Assembly: GCA_043228905.1 (NCBI GenBank)
Contig: JBHGNT010000028.1
Location: 186,001 to 250,000 of the forward strand
DNA: 64,000 bases
Source: Azolla caroliniana
Taxonomy: Eukaryota; Plantae; Polypodiophyta
Direction: 5' to 3'
The notes beneath the pieces were generated by a model. The model saw only the letters and a program-made list of their open reading frames with translations, was not told where the DNA came from and searched no databases. Shown here piece by piece: positions 1 through 12,459 of the stretch (the first letter of the stretch is position 1; the number at the start of each line of letters is the position of its first letter). The translations under genes and the position numbers were made by a program.

Positions 1-178
1 ATATCACACTCGCCAGATATGAACATTTTAATTTACCTACTAGCTCTTCCCAACTCACTCCTCAAATTTGCTAATTTCGTCATGTCTCTCGACATGAGTT
101 TCAAAATCTTGATTTTTTAATTCCATATCATAGCTAGCGTTGTTAGCTTCGATTCACATGTTTTAACACAAAAATCCG
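1..178 (+). repeat. Representative monomer (class A, 178 bp)
   Basis: atatcacactcgccagatatgaacattttaatttacctactagctcttcccaactcactcctcaaatttgctaatttcgtcatgtctctcgacatgagtttcaaaatcttgattttttaattccatatcatagctagcgttgttagcttcgattcacatgttttaacacaaaaatccg; the next copy starts at 179. Confidence 0.97.
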
Positions 179-3100
179 ATAGCACACGAGCCAGGTATGA
201 TCATTTTAATTTACTCAAGGGCTCTTCTCAACTCCCTCGTCAGCGTTGCTAATTTCGTCATGTCTCTCGACCTGAGTTTCAAAATCTTGATTTTTTAATT
301 CTATATCATAGCTAGCGTTGTTAGCTTCGATTCGCACGTTTGAACAGAAAAATCCGATATCACACGAGCCAGATATGAACATTTTAATTTACCTACTAGC
401 TCTTCCCAACTCACTCCTCAAATTTGCTAATTTTGTCATGTCTCTCGACCTGAGTTTCAAAATCTTGATTTTTTAATTCCATATCCTAGCTAGCGTTGTT
501 AGCTTCGATTCGCATGTTTGAACACAAAAATCCGATATCCCACTCGCCAGATATGAATATTTTAATTTACCTACTAGCTCTTCCCAACTCACTCCTCAAA
601 TTTGCTAATTTCCTCATGTCTCTCGACCTGAGTTTCAAAATCTTGATTTTTTAATTGCATATCATAGCTAGCGTTGTTAGCTTCGATTCGCATGTTTGAA
701 CACAGAAATCCGATATCACACTCGCCAGTTATGAACATTTTAATTTACCTAGTAGCTCTTCCCAACTCCCTCCTAATGTTGCTAATTTCGTCATGTCTCT
801 CGACCTGAGTTTCAAAATCTTGATTTTTTACTTCGAGATCATAGCTAGCGTTGTTAGCTTCGATTCGCATGTTTGAACACAAAAATCTGATATCACACTC
901 GCCAGATATGAACATTTTAATTTACCTACTAGCTCTTCCCAACTCACTCCTCAAATTTGGGAATTTCGTCATGTCTCTCGACCTGAGTTTCAAAATCTTG
1001 ATTTTTTAATTCCATATCGTAGCTAGCGTTGTTAGCTTCGATTCACATGTTTGAACACAAAAATCCGATATCACACGAGCCAGGTATGATCATTTTAATT
1101 TACTCAAGGGCTCTTCTCAACTCCCTCGTCAGCGTTGCTAATTTCGTCATGTCTCTCGACCTGAGTTTCAAAATCTTGATTTTTTAATTCCATATCATAG
1201 CTAGCGTTGTTAGCTTCGATTCGCATGTTTGAACACAAAAATCCGATATCACACTCGCCAGTTATGAACATTTTAATTTACCTACTAGCTCTTCCCAACT
1301 CCCTCCTCATGTTGCTAATTTTGTCATGTCTCTCGACCTGAGTTTCAAAATCTTGATTTTTTAATTCCATATCCTAGCTAGCGTTGTTAGCTTCGATTCG
1401 CATGTTTGAACACAAAAATCCGATATCACACTCGCCAGATATGAACATTTTAATTTATCTACTAGCTCTTCCCAACTCACTCCTCAAATTTGCTAATTTC
1501 GTCATGTCTCTCGACATGAGTTTCAAAATCTTGATTTTTTAATTCCATATCATAGCTAGCGTTGTTAGCTTCGATTCACATGTTTGAACACAAAAATCCG
1601 ATATCACACGAGCCAGGTATGATCATTTTAATTTACTGAAGGGCTCTTCTCAACTCCCTCGTCAGCGTTGCTAATTTCGTCATGTCTCTCGACCTGAGTT
1701 TCAAAATCTTGATTTTTTAATTCTATATCATAGCTAGCGTTGTTAGCTTCGATTCGCACGTTTGAACAGAAAAATCCGATATCACACGTACCAGATATGA
1801 ACATTTTAATTTACCTACTAGCTCTTCCCAACTCACTCCTCAAATTTGGGAATTTCGTCATATCTCTCGACCTGAGTTTCAAAATCTTGATTTTTTAATT
1901 CGATATCCTAGCTAGCGTTGTTAGCTTCGATTCGCATGTTTGAACACAAAAAACCGATATCACACGCACCAGATATGAACATTTTAATTTACCTACTAGC
2001 TCTTCCCAACTCACTCCTCAAATTTGGGAATTTCGTCATATCTCTCGACCTGAGTTTCAAAATCTTGATTTTTTAATTCCATATCCTAGCTAGCGTTGTT
2101 AGCTTCGATTCGCATGGTTGAACACAAAAAACCGATATCACACGCACCAGATATGAACATTTTAATTTACCTACTAGCTCTTCCCAACTCACTCCTCAAA
2201 TTTGGGAATTTCGTCATGTCTCTCGACCTGAGTTTCAAAATCTTGATTTTTTAATTCCATATCATAGCTAACGTAGTTAGCTTCGATTCGCATGATTGAA
2301 CACAAAAATCCGATATCACACGAGCCAGGTATGATCATTTTAATTTACCTACTAGCTCTTCCCAACTCCCTCCTCATGTTGCTAATTTTGTCATGTCTCT
2401 CGACCTGAGTTTCAAAATCTTGATTTTTTAATTCCATATCCTAGCTAGCGTTGTTAGCTTCGATTCGCATGTTTGAACACAAAAATCCGATATCCCACTC
2501 GCCAGATATGAATATTTTAATTTACCTACTAGCTCTTCCCAACTCACTCCTCAAATTTGCTAATTTCCTAATGTCTCTCGACCTGAGTATCAAAATCTTG
2601 ATTTTTTAATTGCATATCGTAGCTAGCGTTGTTAGCTTCGATTCGCATGTTTGAACACAAAAATCCGATATCACACTCGCCAGTTATGAACATTTTAATT
2701 TACCTAGTAGCTCTTCCCAACTCCCTCCTAATGTTGCTAATTTCGTCATGTCTCTCGACCTGAGTTTCAAAATCTTGATTTTTTAATTCGAGATCATAGC
2801 TAGCGTTGTTAGCTTCGATTCGCATGTTTGAACACAAAAATCTGATATCACACTCGCCAGATATGAACATTTTAATTTACCTACTAGCTCTTCCCAACTC
2901 ACTCCTCAAATTTGGGAATTTCGTCATGTCTCTCGACCTGAGTTTCAAAATCTTGATTTTTTAATTCCATAGCGTAGCTAGCGTTGTTAGCTTCGATTCA
3001 CATGTTTGAACACAAAAATCCGATATCACACGAGCCAGGTATGATCATTTTAATTTACTCAAGGGCTCTTCTCAACTCCCTCGTCAGCGTTGCTAATTTC

Positions 3101-6100
3101 GTCATGTCTCTCGACCTGAGTTTCAAAATCTTGATTTTTTAATTCCATATCATAGCTAGCGTTGTTAGCTTCGATTCGCATGTTTGAACACAAAAATCCG
3201 ATATCACACGAGCCAGGTATGAACATTTTAATTTACTCCAGGGTTCCTCTCAACTCCCTCGTCAAGGTTGCTAATTTCGTCATGTCTCTCGACCTGAGTT
3301 TCAAAATCTTGATTTTTTAATTCCATATCATAGATAATGTTGTTAGCTTCGATTCGCATGTTTGAACACAAAAATCCGAATATCCCACTCGCCAGATATG
3401 AACATTTTAATTTACCTACTAGCTCTTCCTAACTCACTCCTCAAATTTGGGAATTTCGTCATGTCTCTCGACCTGAGTTTCAAAATCTTGATTTTTTAAT
3501 TCCATATCATAGCTAGCGTTGTTAGCTTCGATTCGCATGTTTGAACACAAAAATCCGATATCCCACTCGCCAGATATGAACATTTTAATTTACCTACTAG
3601 CTCTTCCCAACTCACTCCTCAAATTTGGGAATTTCGTCATGTCTCTCGACCTGAGTTTCAAAATCTTGATTTTTTAATTCCATATCATAGCTAACGTTGT
3701 TAGCTTCGATTCACATGATTGAACACAAAAATCCGATATCACACTCGCCAGTTATGAACATTTTAATTTACCTACTAGCTCTTCCCAACTCCCTCCTCAT
3801 GTTGCTAATTTTGTCATATCTCTCGACCTGAGTTTCAAAATCTTGATTTTTTAATTCCATATCCTAGCTAGCGTTGTTAGCTTCGATTCGCATGTTTGAA
3901 CACAAAAATCCGATATCCCACTCGCCAGATATGAACATTTTAATTTACCTACTAGCTCTTCCCAACTCACTCCTCAAATTTGCTAATTTCGTCATGTCTC
4001 TCGACCTGAGTTTCAAAATCTTGATTCTTTAATTCCATATCATAGCTAGCGTTGTTAGCTTCGATTCGCATGTTTGAACACAAAAATCCGATATCACACT
4101 CGCCAGTTATGAACATTTTAATTTACCTAGTAGCTCTTCCCAACTCCCTCCTAATGTTGCTAATTTCGTCATGTCTCTCGACCTGAGTTTCAAAATCTTG
4201 ATTTTTTAATTGCATATCATAGCTAGCGTTGTTAGCTTCGATTCGCATGTTTGAACACAAAAATCCGATATCCCACTCGCCAGATATGAACATTTTAATT
4301 TACCTACTAGCTCTTCCCAACTCACTCCTCAAATTTGGGAATTTCGTCATGTCTCTCGACCTGAGTTTCAAAATCTTGATTTTTTAATTCGAGATCATAG
4401 CTAACGTTGTTAGCTTCGATTCGCATGTTTGAACACAAAAATCCGATATCACACTCGCCAGATATGAACATTTTAATTTACCTACTAGCTCTTCCCAACT
4501 CACTCCTCAAATTTGCTAATGTCGTCATGTCTCTCGACATGAGTTTCAAAATCTTGATTTTTTAATTCCATATCATAGCTAGCGTTGTTAGCTTCGATTC
4601 GCATGTTTGAACACAAAAATCCGATATCCCACTCGCCAGATATGAATATTTTAATTTACCTACTAGCTCTTCCCAACTCACTCCTCAAATTTGCTAATTT
4701 CCTCATGTCTCTCGACCTGAGTTTCAAAATCTTGATTTTTTAATTGCATATCATAGCTAGCGTTGTTAGCTTCGATTCGCATGTTTGAACACAAAAATCC
4801 GATATCACACTCGCCAGTTATGAACATTTTAATTTACCTAGTAGCTCTTCCCAACTCCCTCCTAATGTTGCTAATTTCGTCATGTCTCTCGACCTGAGTT
4901 TCAAAATCTTGATTTTTTAATTCGAGATCATAGCTAGCGTTGTTAGCTTCGATTCGCATGTTTGAACACAAAAATCTGATATCACACTCGCCAGATATGA
5001 ACATTTTAATTTACCTACTAGCTCTTCCCAACTCACTCCTCAAATTTGGGAATTTCGTCATGTCTCTCGACCTGAGTTTCAAAATCTTGATTTTTTAATT
5101 CCATAGCGTAGCTAGCGTTGTTAGTTTCGATTCACATGTTTGAACACAAAAATCCGATATCACACGAGCCAGGTATGATCATTTTAATTTACTCAAGGGC
5201 TCTTCTCAACTCCCTCGTCAGCGTTGCTAATTTCGTCATGTCTCTCGACCTGAGTTTCAAAATTTTGATTTTTTAATTCCATATCATAGCTAGCGTTGTT
5301 AGCTTCGATTCGCATGTTTGAACACAAAAATCCGATATCACACGAGCCAGGTATGAACATTTTAATTTACTCCAGGGTTCCTCTCAACTCCCTCGTCAAG
5401 GTTGCTAATTTCGTCATGTCTCTCGACCTGAGTTTCAAAATCTTGATTTTTTAATTCCATATCATAGCTAGCGTTGTTAGCTTCGATTCGCATGTTTGAA
5501 CACAAAAAACCGATATCCCACTCGCCAGATATGAACATTTTAATTTACCTACTAGCTCTTCCCAACTCACTCCTCAAATTTGGGAATTTCGTCATATCTC
5601 TCGACCTGAGTTTCAAAATCTTGATTTTTTAATTCCATATCATAGCTAGCGTTGTTAGCTTCGATTCGCATGTTTGAACACAAAAATCCGATATCACACT
5701 CTCCAGATATGAACATTTTAATTTACCTACTAGCTCTTCCCAACTCACTCCTCAAATTTGCTAATTTCGTCATGTCTCTCGACATGAGTTTCAAAATCTT
5801 GATTTTTTAATTCCATATTATAGCTAGCGTTGTTAGCTTCGATTCACATGTTTGAACACAAAAATCCGATATCACACGAGCCAGGTATGATTATTTTAAT
5901 TTACTCAAGGGCTCTTCTCAACTCCCTCGTCAGCGTTGCTAATTTCGTCATGTCTCTCGACCTGAGTTTCAAAATCTTGATTTTTTAATTCCATATCATA
6001 GCTAGCGTTGTTAGCTTCGATTCGCATGTTTGAACACAAAAATCCGATATCACACTCGCCAGTTATGAACATTTTAATTTACCTACTAGCTCTTCCCAAC

Positions 6101-6934
6101 TCCCTCCTCATGTTGCTAATTTTGTCATGTCTCTCGACCTGAGTTTCAAAATCTTGATTTTTTAATTCCATATCCTAGCTAGCGTTGTTAGCTTCGATTC
6201 GCATGTTTGAACACAAAAATCCGATATCCCACTCGCCAGATATGAACATTTTAATTTACCTACTAGCTCTTCCCAACTCACTCCTCAAATTTGCTAATTT
6301 CCTCATGTCTCTCGACCTGTGTTTCAAAATCTTGATTTTTTAATTCCATATCATAGCTACCGTTGTTAGCTTCGATTCGCATGTTTGAACACAAAAATCC
6401 GATAGAACACTCGCCAGTTATGAACATTTTAATTTACCTAGTAGCTCTTCCCAACTCCCTCCTCATGTTGCTAATTTCGTCATGTCTCTCGACCTGAGTT
6501 TTAAAATCTTGATTTTTTAATTCCATATCCTAGCTAGCGTTGTTAGCTTCGATTCGCATGTTTGAACACAAAAATCCGATATCACACTCGCCAGATATGA
6601 ACATTTTAATTTACCTACTAGCTCTTCCCAACTCACTCCTCAAATTTGCTAATTTCGTCATGTCTCTCGACATGAGTTTCAAAATCTTGATTTTTTAATT
6701 CCATATCATAGCTAGCGTTGTTAGCTTCGATTCGCATGTTTGAACACAAAAAACCGATATCCCACTCGCGAGATATGAACATTTTAATTTACCTAGTAGC
6801 TCTTCCCAACTCACTCCTCAAATTTGGGAATTTCGTCATGTCTCTCGACCTGAGTTTCAAAATCTTGATTTTTTAATTCCATATCATAGCTAACGTTGTT
6901 AGCTTCGATTCACATGATTGAACACAAAAATCCG

Positions 6935-7126
6935 ATATCACACGAGCCAGGTATGATCATTTTAATTTACCTACTAGCTCTTCCCAACTCCCTCCTCTCA
7001 ACTCCCTCCTCATGTTTGCTAATTTCGTCATGTCTCTCGACCTGAGTTTCAAAATCTTGTTTTTTTAATTCCATATCCTAGCTAGCGTTGTTAGCTTCGA
7101 TTCGCATGTTTGAACACAAAAATCCG
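6935..7126 (+). repeat. Aberrant 192-bp monomer with internal 14-bp duplication
   Basis: caactccctcct-ct-caactccctcct at 6985-7010, plus an extra T in catgtttgct. The monomer is 192 bp versus the normal 177. Confidence 0.9.
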
Positions 7127-8194
7127 ATATCCCACTCGCCAAATATGAATATTTTAATTTACCTACTAGCTCTTCCCAACTCACTCCTCAAATTTGCTAA
7201 TTTCCTCATGTCTCTCGACCTGAGTTTCAAAATTTTGATTTTTTAATTGCATATCATAGCTAGCGTTGTTAGCTTCGATTCGCATGTTTGAACACAAAAA
7301 TCCGATATCACACTCGCCAGTTATGAACATTTTAATTTACCTAGTAGCTCTTCCCAACTCCCTCCTAATGTTGCTAATTTCGTCATGTCTCTCGACCTGA
7401 GTTTCAAAATCTTGATTTTTTAATTCGAGATCATAGCTAGCGTTGTTAGCTTCGATTCGCATGTTTGAACACAAAAATCTGATATCACACTCGCCAGATA
7501 TGAACATTTTAATTTACCTACTAGCTCTTCCCAACTCACTCCTCAAATTTGGGAATTTCGTCATGTCTCTCGACCTGAGTTTCAAAATCTTGATTTTTTA
7601 ATTCCATAGCGTAGCTAGCGTTGTTAGCTTCGATTCACATGTTTGAACACAAAAATCCGATATCACACGAGCCAGGTATGATCATTTTAATTTACTCAAG
7701 GGCTCTTCTCAACTCCCTCGTCAGCGTTGCTAATTTCGTCATGTCTCTCGACCTGAGTTTCAAAATCTTGATTTTTTAATTCCATATCATAGCTAGCGTT
7801 GTTAGCTTCGATTCGCATGTTTGAACACAAAAATCCGATATCACACGAGCCAGGTATGAACATTTTAATTTACTCCAGGGTTCCTCTCAACTCCCTCGTC
7901 AAGGTTGCTAATTTCGTCATGTCTCTCGACCTGAGTTTCAAAATCTTGATTTTTTAATTCCATATCATAGATAATGTTGTTAGCTTCGATTCGCATGTTT
8001 GAACACAAAAATCCGAATATCCCACTCGCCAGATATGAACATTTTAATTTACCTAGTAGCTCTTCCCAACTCACTCCTCAAATTTGGGAATTTCGTCATG
8101 TCTCTCGACCTGAGTTTCAAAATCTTGATTTTTTAATTCCATATCATAGCTAGCGTTGTTAGCTTCGATTCGCATGTTTGAACACAAAAATCCG

Positions 8195-11100
8195 ATATCC
8201 CACTCGCCAGATATGAACATTTTAATTTACCTACTAGCTCTTCCCAACTCACTCCTCAAATTTGGGAATTTCGTCATGTCTCTCGACCTGAGTTTCAAAA
8301 TCTTGATTTTTTAATTCCATATCGTAGCTAGCGTTGTTAGCTTCGATTCGCATGTTTGAACACAAAAATCCGATATCACACTCGCCAGTTATGAACATTT
8401 TAATTTACCTAGTAGCTCTTCCCAACTCCCTCCTAATGTTGCTAATTTCGTCATGTCTCTCGACCTGAGTTTCAAAATCTTGATTTTTTAATTGCATATC
8501 ATAGCTAGCGTTGTTAGCTTCGATTCGCATGTTTGAACACAAAAATCCGATATCACACTCGCCAGATATGAACATTTTAATTTACCTACTAGCTCTTCCC
8601 AACTCACTCCTCAAATTTGGGAATTTCGTCATGTCTCTCGACCTGAGTTTCAAAATCTTGATTTTTTAATTCGAGATCATAGCTAGCATTGTTAGCTTCG
8701 ATTCGCATGTTTGAACACAAAAATCCGATATCACACTCGCCAGATATGAACATTTTAATTTACCTACTAGCTCTTCCCAACTCACTCCTCAAATTTGCTA
8801 ATTTCGTCATGTCTCTCGACATGAGTTTCAAAATCTTGATTTTTTAATTCCATATCATAGCTAGCGTTGTTAGCTTCGATTCGCATGTTTGAACACAAAA
8901 ATCCGATATCACACTCGCCAGTTATGAACATTTTAATTTACCTACTAGCTCTTCCCAACTCCCTCCTAATGTTGCTAATTTCGTCATGTCTCTCGACCTG
9001 AGTTTCAAAATCTTGATTTTTTAATTGCATATCATAGCTAGCGTTGTTAGCTTCGATTCGCATGTTTGAACACAAAAATCCGATATCACACTCGCCAGAT
9101 ATGAACATTTTAATTTACCTACTAGCTCTTCCCAACTCACTCCTCAAATTTGGGAATTTCGTCATGTCTCTCGACCTGAGTTTCAAAATCTTGATTTTTT
9201 AATTCGAGATCATAGCTAGCATTGTTAGCTTCGATTCGCATGTTTGAACACAAAAATCCGATATCACACTCGCCAGATATGAACATTTTAATTTACCTAC
9301 TAGCTCTTCCCAACTGACTCCTCAAATTTGCTAATGTCGTCATGTCTCTCGACATGAGTTTCAAAATCTTGATTCTTTAATTCCATATCATAGCTAGCGT
9401 TGTTAGCTTCGATTCGCATGTTTGAACACAAAAATCCTATATCACACTCGCCAGTTATGAACATTTTAATTTACCTAGTAGCTCTTCCCAACTCCCTCCT
9501 AATGTTGCTAATTTCGTCATGTCTCTCGACCTGAGTTTCAAAATCTTGATTTTTTAATTGCATATCATAGCTAGCGTTGTTAGCTTCGATTCGCATGTTT
9601 GAACACAAAAATCCGATATCACACTCGCCAGATATGAACATTTTAATTTACCTACTAGCTCTTCCCAACTCACTCCTCAAATTTGGGAATTTCGTCATGT
9701 CTCTCGACCTGAGTTTCAAAATCTTGATTTTTTAATTCCATATCGTAGCTAGCGTTGTTAGCTTCGATTCACATGTTTGAACACAAAAATCCGATATCAC
9801 ACGAGCCAGGTATGATCATTTTAATTTATTCAAGGGCTCTTCTCAACTCCCTCGTCAAGGTTGCTAATTTCTTCATGTCTCTCGACCTGAGTTTCAAAAT
9901 CTTGATTTTTTAATTCGAGATCATAGCTAGCATTGTTAGCTTCAATTCGCATGTTTGAACACAAAAATCCGATATCACACTCGCCAGATATGAACATTTT
10001 AATTTACCTACTAGCTCTTCCCAACTCACTCCTCAAATTTGCTAATTTCGTCATGTCTCTCGACATGAGTTTCAAAATCTTGATTTTTTAATTCCATATC
10101 ATAGCTAGCGTTGTTAGCTTCGATTCGCATGTTTGAACACAAAAATCCGATATCACACTCGCCAGTTATGAACATTTTAATTTACCTAGTAGCTCTTCCC
10201 AACTCCCTCCTAATGTTGCTAATTTCGTCATGTCTCTCGACCTGAGTTTCAAAATCTTGATTTTTTAATTGTATATCATAGCTAGCGTTGTTAGCTTCGA
10301 TTCGCATGTTTGAACACAAAAATCCGATATCACACTCGCCAGATATGAACATTTTAATTTACCTACTAGCTCTTCCCAACTCACTCCTCAAATTTGGGAA
10401 TTTCGTCATGTCTCTCGACCTGAGTTTCAAAATCTTGATTTTTTAATTCCATATCGTAGCTAGCGTTGTTAGCTTCGATTCGCATGTTTGAACACAAAAA
10501 TCCGATATCACACTCGCCAGTTATGAACATTTTAATTTACCTAGTAGCTCTTCCCAACTCCCTCCTAATGTTGCTAATTTCGTCATGTCTCTCGACCTGA
10601 GTTTCAAAATCTTGATTTTTTAATTGCATATCATAGCTAGCGTTGTTAGCTTCGATTCGCATGTTTGAACACAAAAATCCGATATCACACTCGCCAGATA
10701 TGAACATTTTAATTTACCTACTAGCTCTTCCCAACTCACTCCTCAAATTTGGGAATTTCGTCATGTCTCTCGACCTGAGTTTCAAAATCTTGATTTTTTA
10801 ATTCGAGATCATAGCTAGCATTGTTAGCTTCGATTCGCATGTTTGAACACAAAAATCCGATATCACACTCGCCAGATATGAACATTTTAATTTACCTACT
10901 AGCTCTTCCCAACTCACTCCTCAAATTTGCTAATTTCGTCATGTCTCTCGACATGAGTTTCAAAATCTTGATTTTTTAATTCCATATCATAGCTAGCGTT
11001 GTTAGCTTCGATTCGCATGTTTGAACACAAAAATCCGATATCACACTCGCCAGTTATGAACATTTTAATTTACCTACTAGCTCTTCCCAACTCCCTCCTA

Positions 11101-12459
11101 ATGTTGCTAATTTCGTCATGTCTCTCGACCTGAGTTTCAAAATCTTGATTTTTTAATTGCATATCATAGCTAGCGTTGTTAGCTTCGATTCGCATGTTTG
11201 AACACAAAAATCCGATATCACACTCGCCAGATATGAACATTTTAATTTACCTACTAGCTCTTCCCAACTCACTCCTCAAATTTGGGAATTTCGTCATGTC
11301 TCTCGACCTGAGTTTCAAAATCTTGATTTTTTAATTCGAGATCATAGCTAGCATTGTTAGCTTCGATTCGCATGTTTGAACACAAAAATCCGATATCACA
11401 CTCGCCAGATATGAACATTTTAATTTACCTACTAGCTCTTCCCAACTGACTCCTCAAATTTGCTAATGTCGTCATGTCTCTCGACATGAGTTTCAAAATC
11501 TTGATTCTTTAATTCCATATCATAGCTAGCGTTGTTAGCTTCGATTCGCATGTTTGAACACAAAAATCCTATATCACACTCGCCAGTTATGAACATTTTA
11601 ATTTACCTAGTAGCTCTTCCCAACTCCCTCCTAATGTTGCTAATTTCGTCATGTCTCTCGACCTGAGTTTCAAAATCTTGATTTTTTAATTGCATATCAT
11701 AGCTAGCGTTGTTAGCTTCGATTCGCATGTTTGAACACAAAAATCCGATATCACACTCGCCAGATATGAACATTTTAATTTACCTACTAGCTCTTCCCAA
11801 CTCACTCCTCAAATTTGGGAATTTCGTCATGTCTCTCGACCTGAGTTTCAAAATCTTGATTTTTTAATTCCATATCGTAGCTAGCGTTGTTAGCTTCGAT
11901 TCACATGTTTGAACACAAAAATCCGATATCACACGAGCCAGGTATGATCATTTTAATTTATTCAAGGGCTCTTCTCAACTCCCTCGTCAAGGTTGCTAAT
12001 TTCTTCATGTCTCTCGACCTGAGTTTCAAAATCTTGATTTTTTAATTCGAGATCATAGCTAGCATTGTTAGCTTCGATTCGCATGTTTGAACACAAAAAT
12101 CCGATATCACACTCGCCAGATATGAACATTTTAATTTACCTACTAGCTCTTCCCAACTCACTCCTCAAATTTGCTAATTTCGTCATGTCTCTCGACATGA
12201 GTTTCAAAATCTTGATTTTTTAATTCCATATCATAGCTAGCGTTGTTAGCTTCGATTCGCATGTTTGAACACAAAAATTGATATCACACTCGCCAGTTAT
12301 GAACATTTTAATTTACCTAGTAGCTCTTCCCAACTCCCTCCTAATGTTGCTAATTTCGTCATGTCTCTCGACCTGAGTTTCAAAATCTTGATTTTTTAAT
12401 TGCATATCATAGCTAGCGTTGTTAGCTTCGATTCGCATGTTTGAACACAAAAATCCGAT
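8195..12459. repeat. Tandem duplication of a 12-monomer (2132 bp) block
   Basis: The rare variants caactgactc (9311/11443) and aaatcctat (9438/11570) and the D2 monomers (9794/11926) all recur at +2132 bp (8x178 + 4x177). Boundaries are approximate. Confidence 0.85.

Larger units (their letters stand above)
1..8194. repeat. Diverged satellite domain 1 (D1 'cagcg' and E monomers; recurring A*-B-C-D-E 5-mer)
   Basis: D1 (tactcaaggg...gtcagcg) at 179, 1068, 1601, 3023, 5157, 5869 and 7660. E at 3201, 5335 and 7838. The A*-B-C-D(-E) unit starts at 535, 2490, 4624 and 7127. Many private SNPs are present. Confidence 0.8.

Noticed and set aside
68-165. CENP-B box (TTCG motifs at ttcgtcatg and ttcgattcg)
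   Set aside because: The downstream A..CGGG of the NTTCGNNNNANNCGGGN consensus is missing.
1-178. Assignment to Arabidopsis CEN178, Brassica CentBr, alpha satellite or 5S rDNA
   Set aside because: Only the length is similar, and I do not recognise their sequence motifs here. A database search is needed to name the family.
755-775. G-quadruplex or i-motif in the pyrimidine tract ctcttcccaactccctcct
   Set aside because: Only two C3 runs and one C2 run are present, not enough for a canonical four-tract motif.
7865-8074. 69-aa minus-strand ORF
   Set aside because: It is satellite sequence, opened by local variants (gataat substitutions, 1-bp insertion, cctagtag). It has no recognisable protein features, and equivalent monomers carry stops.
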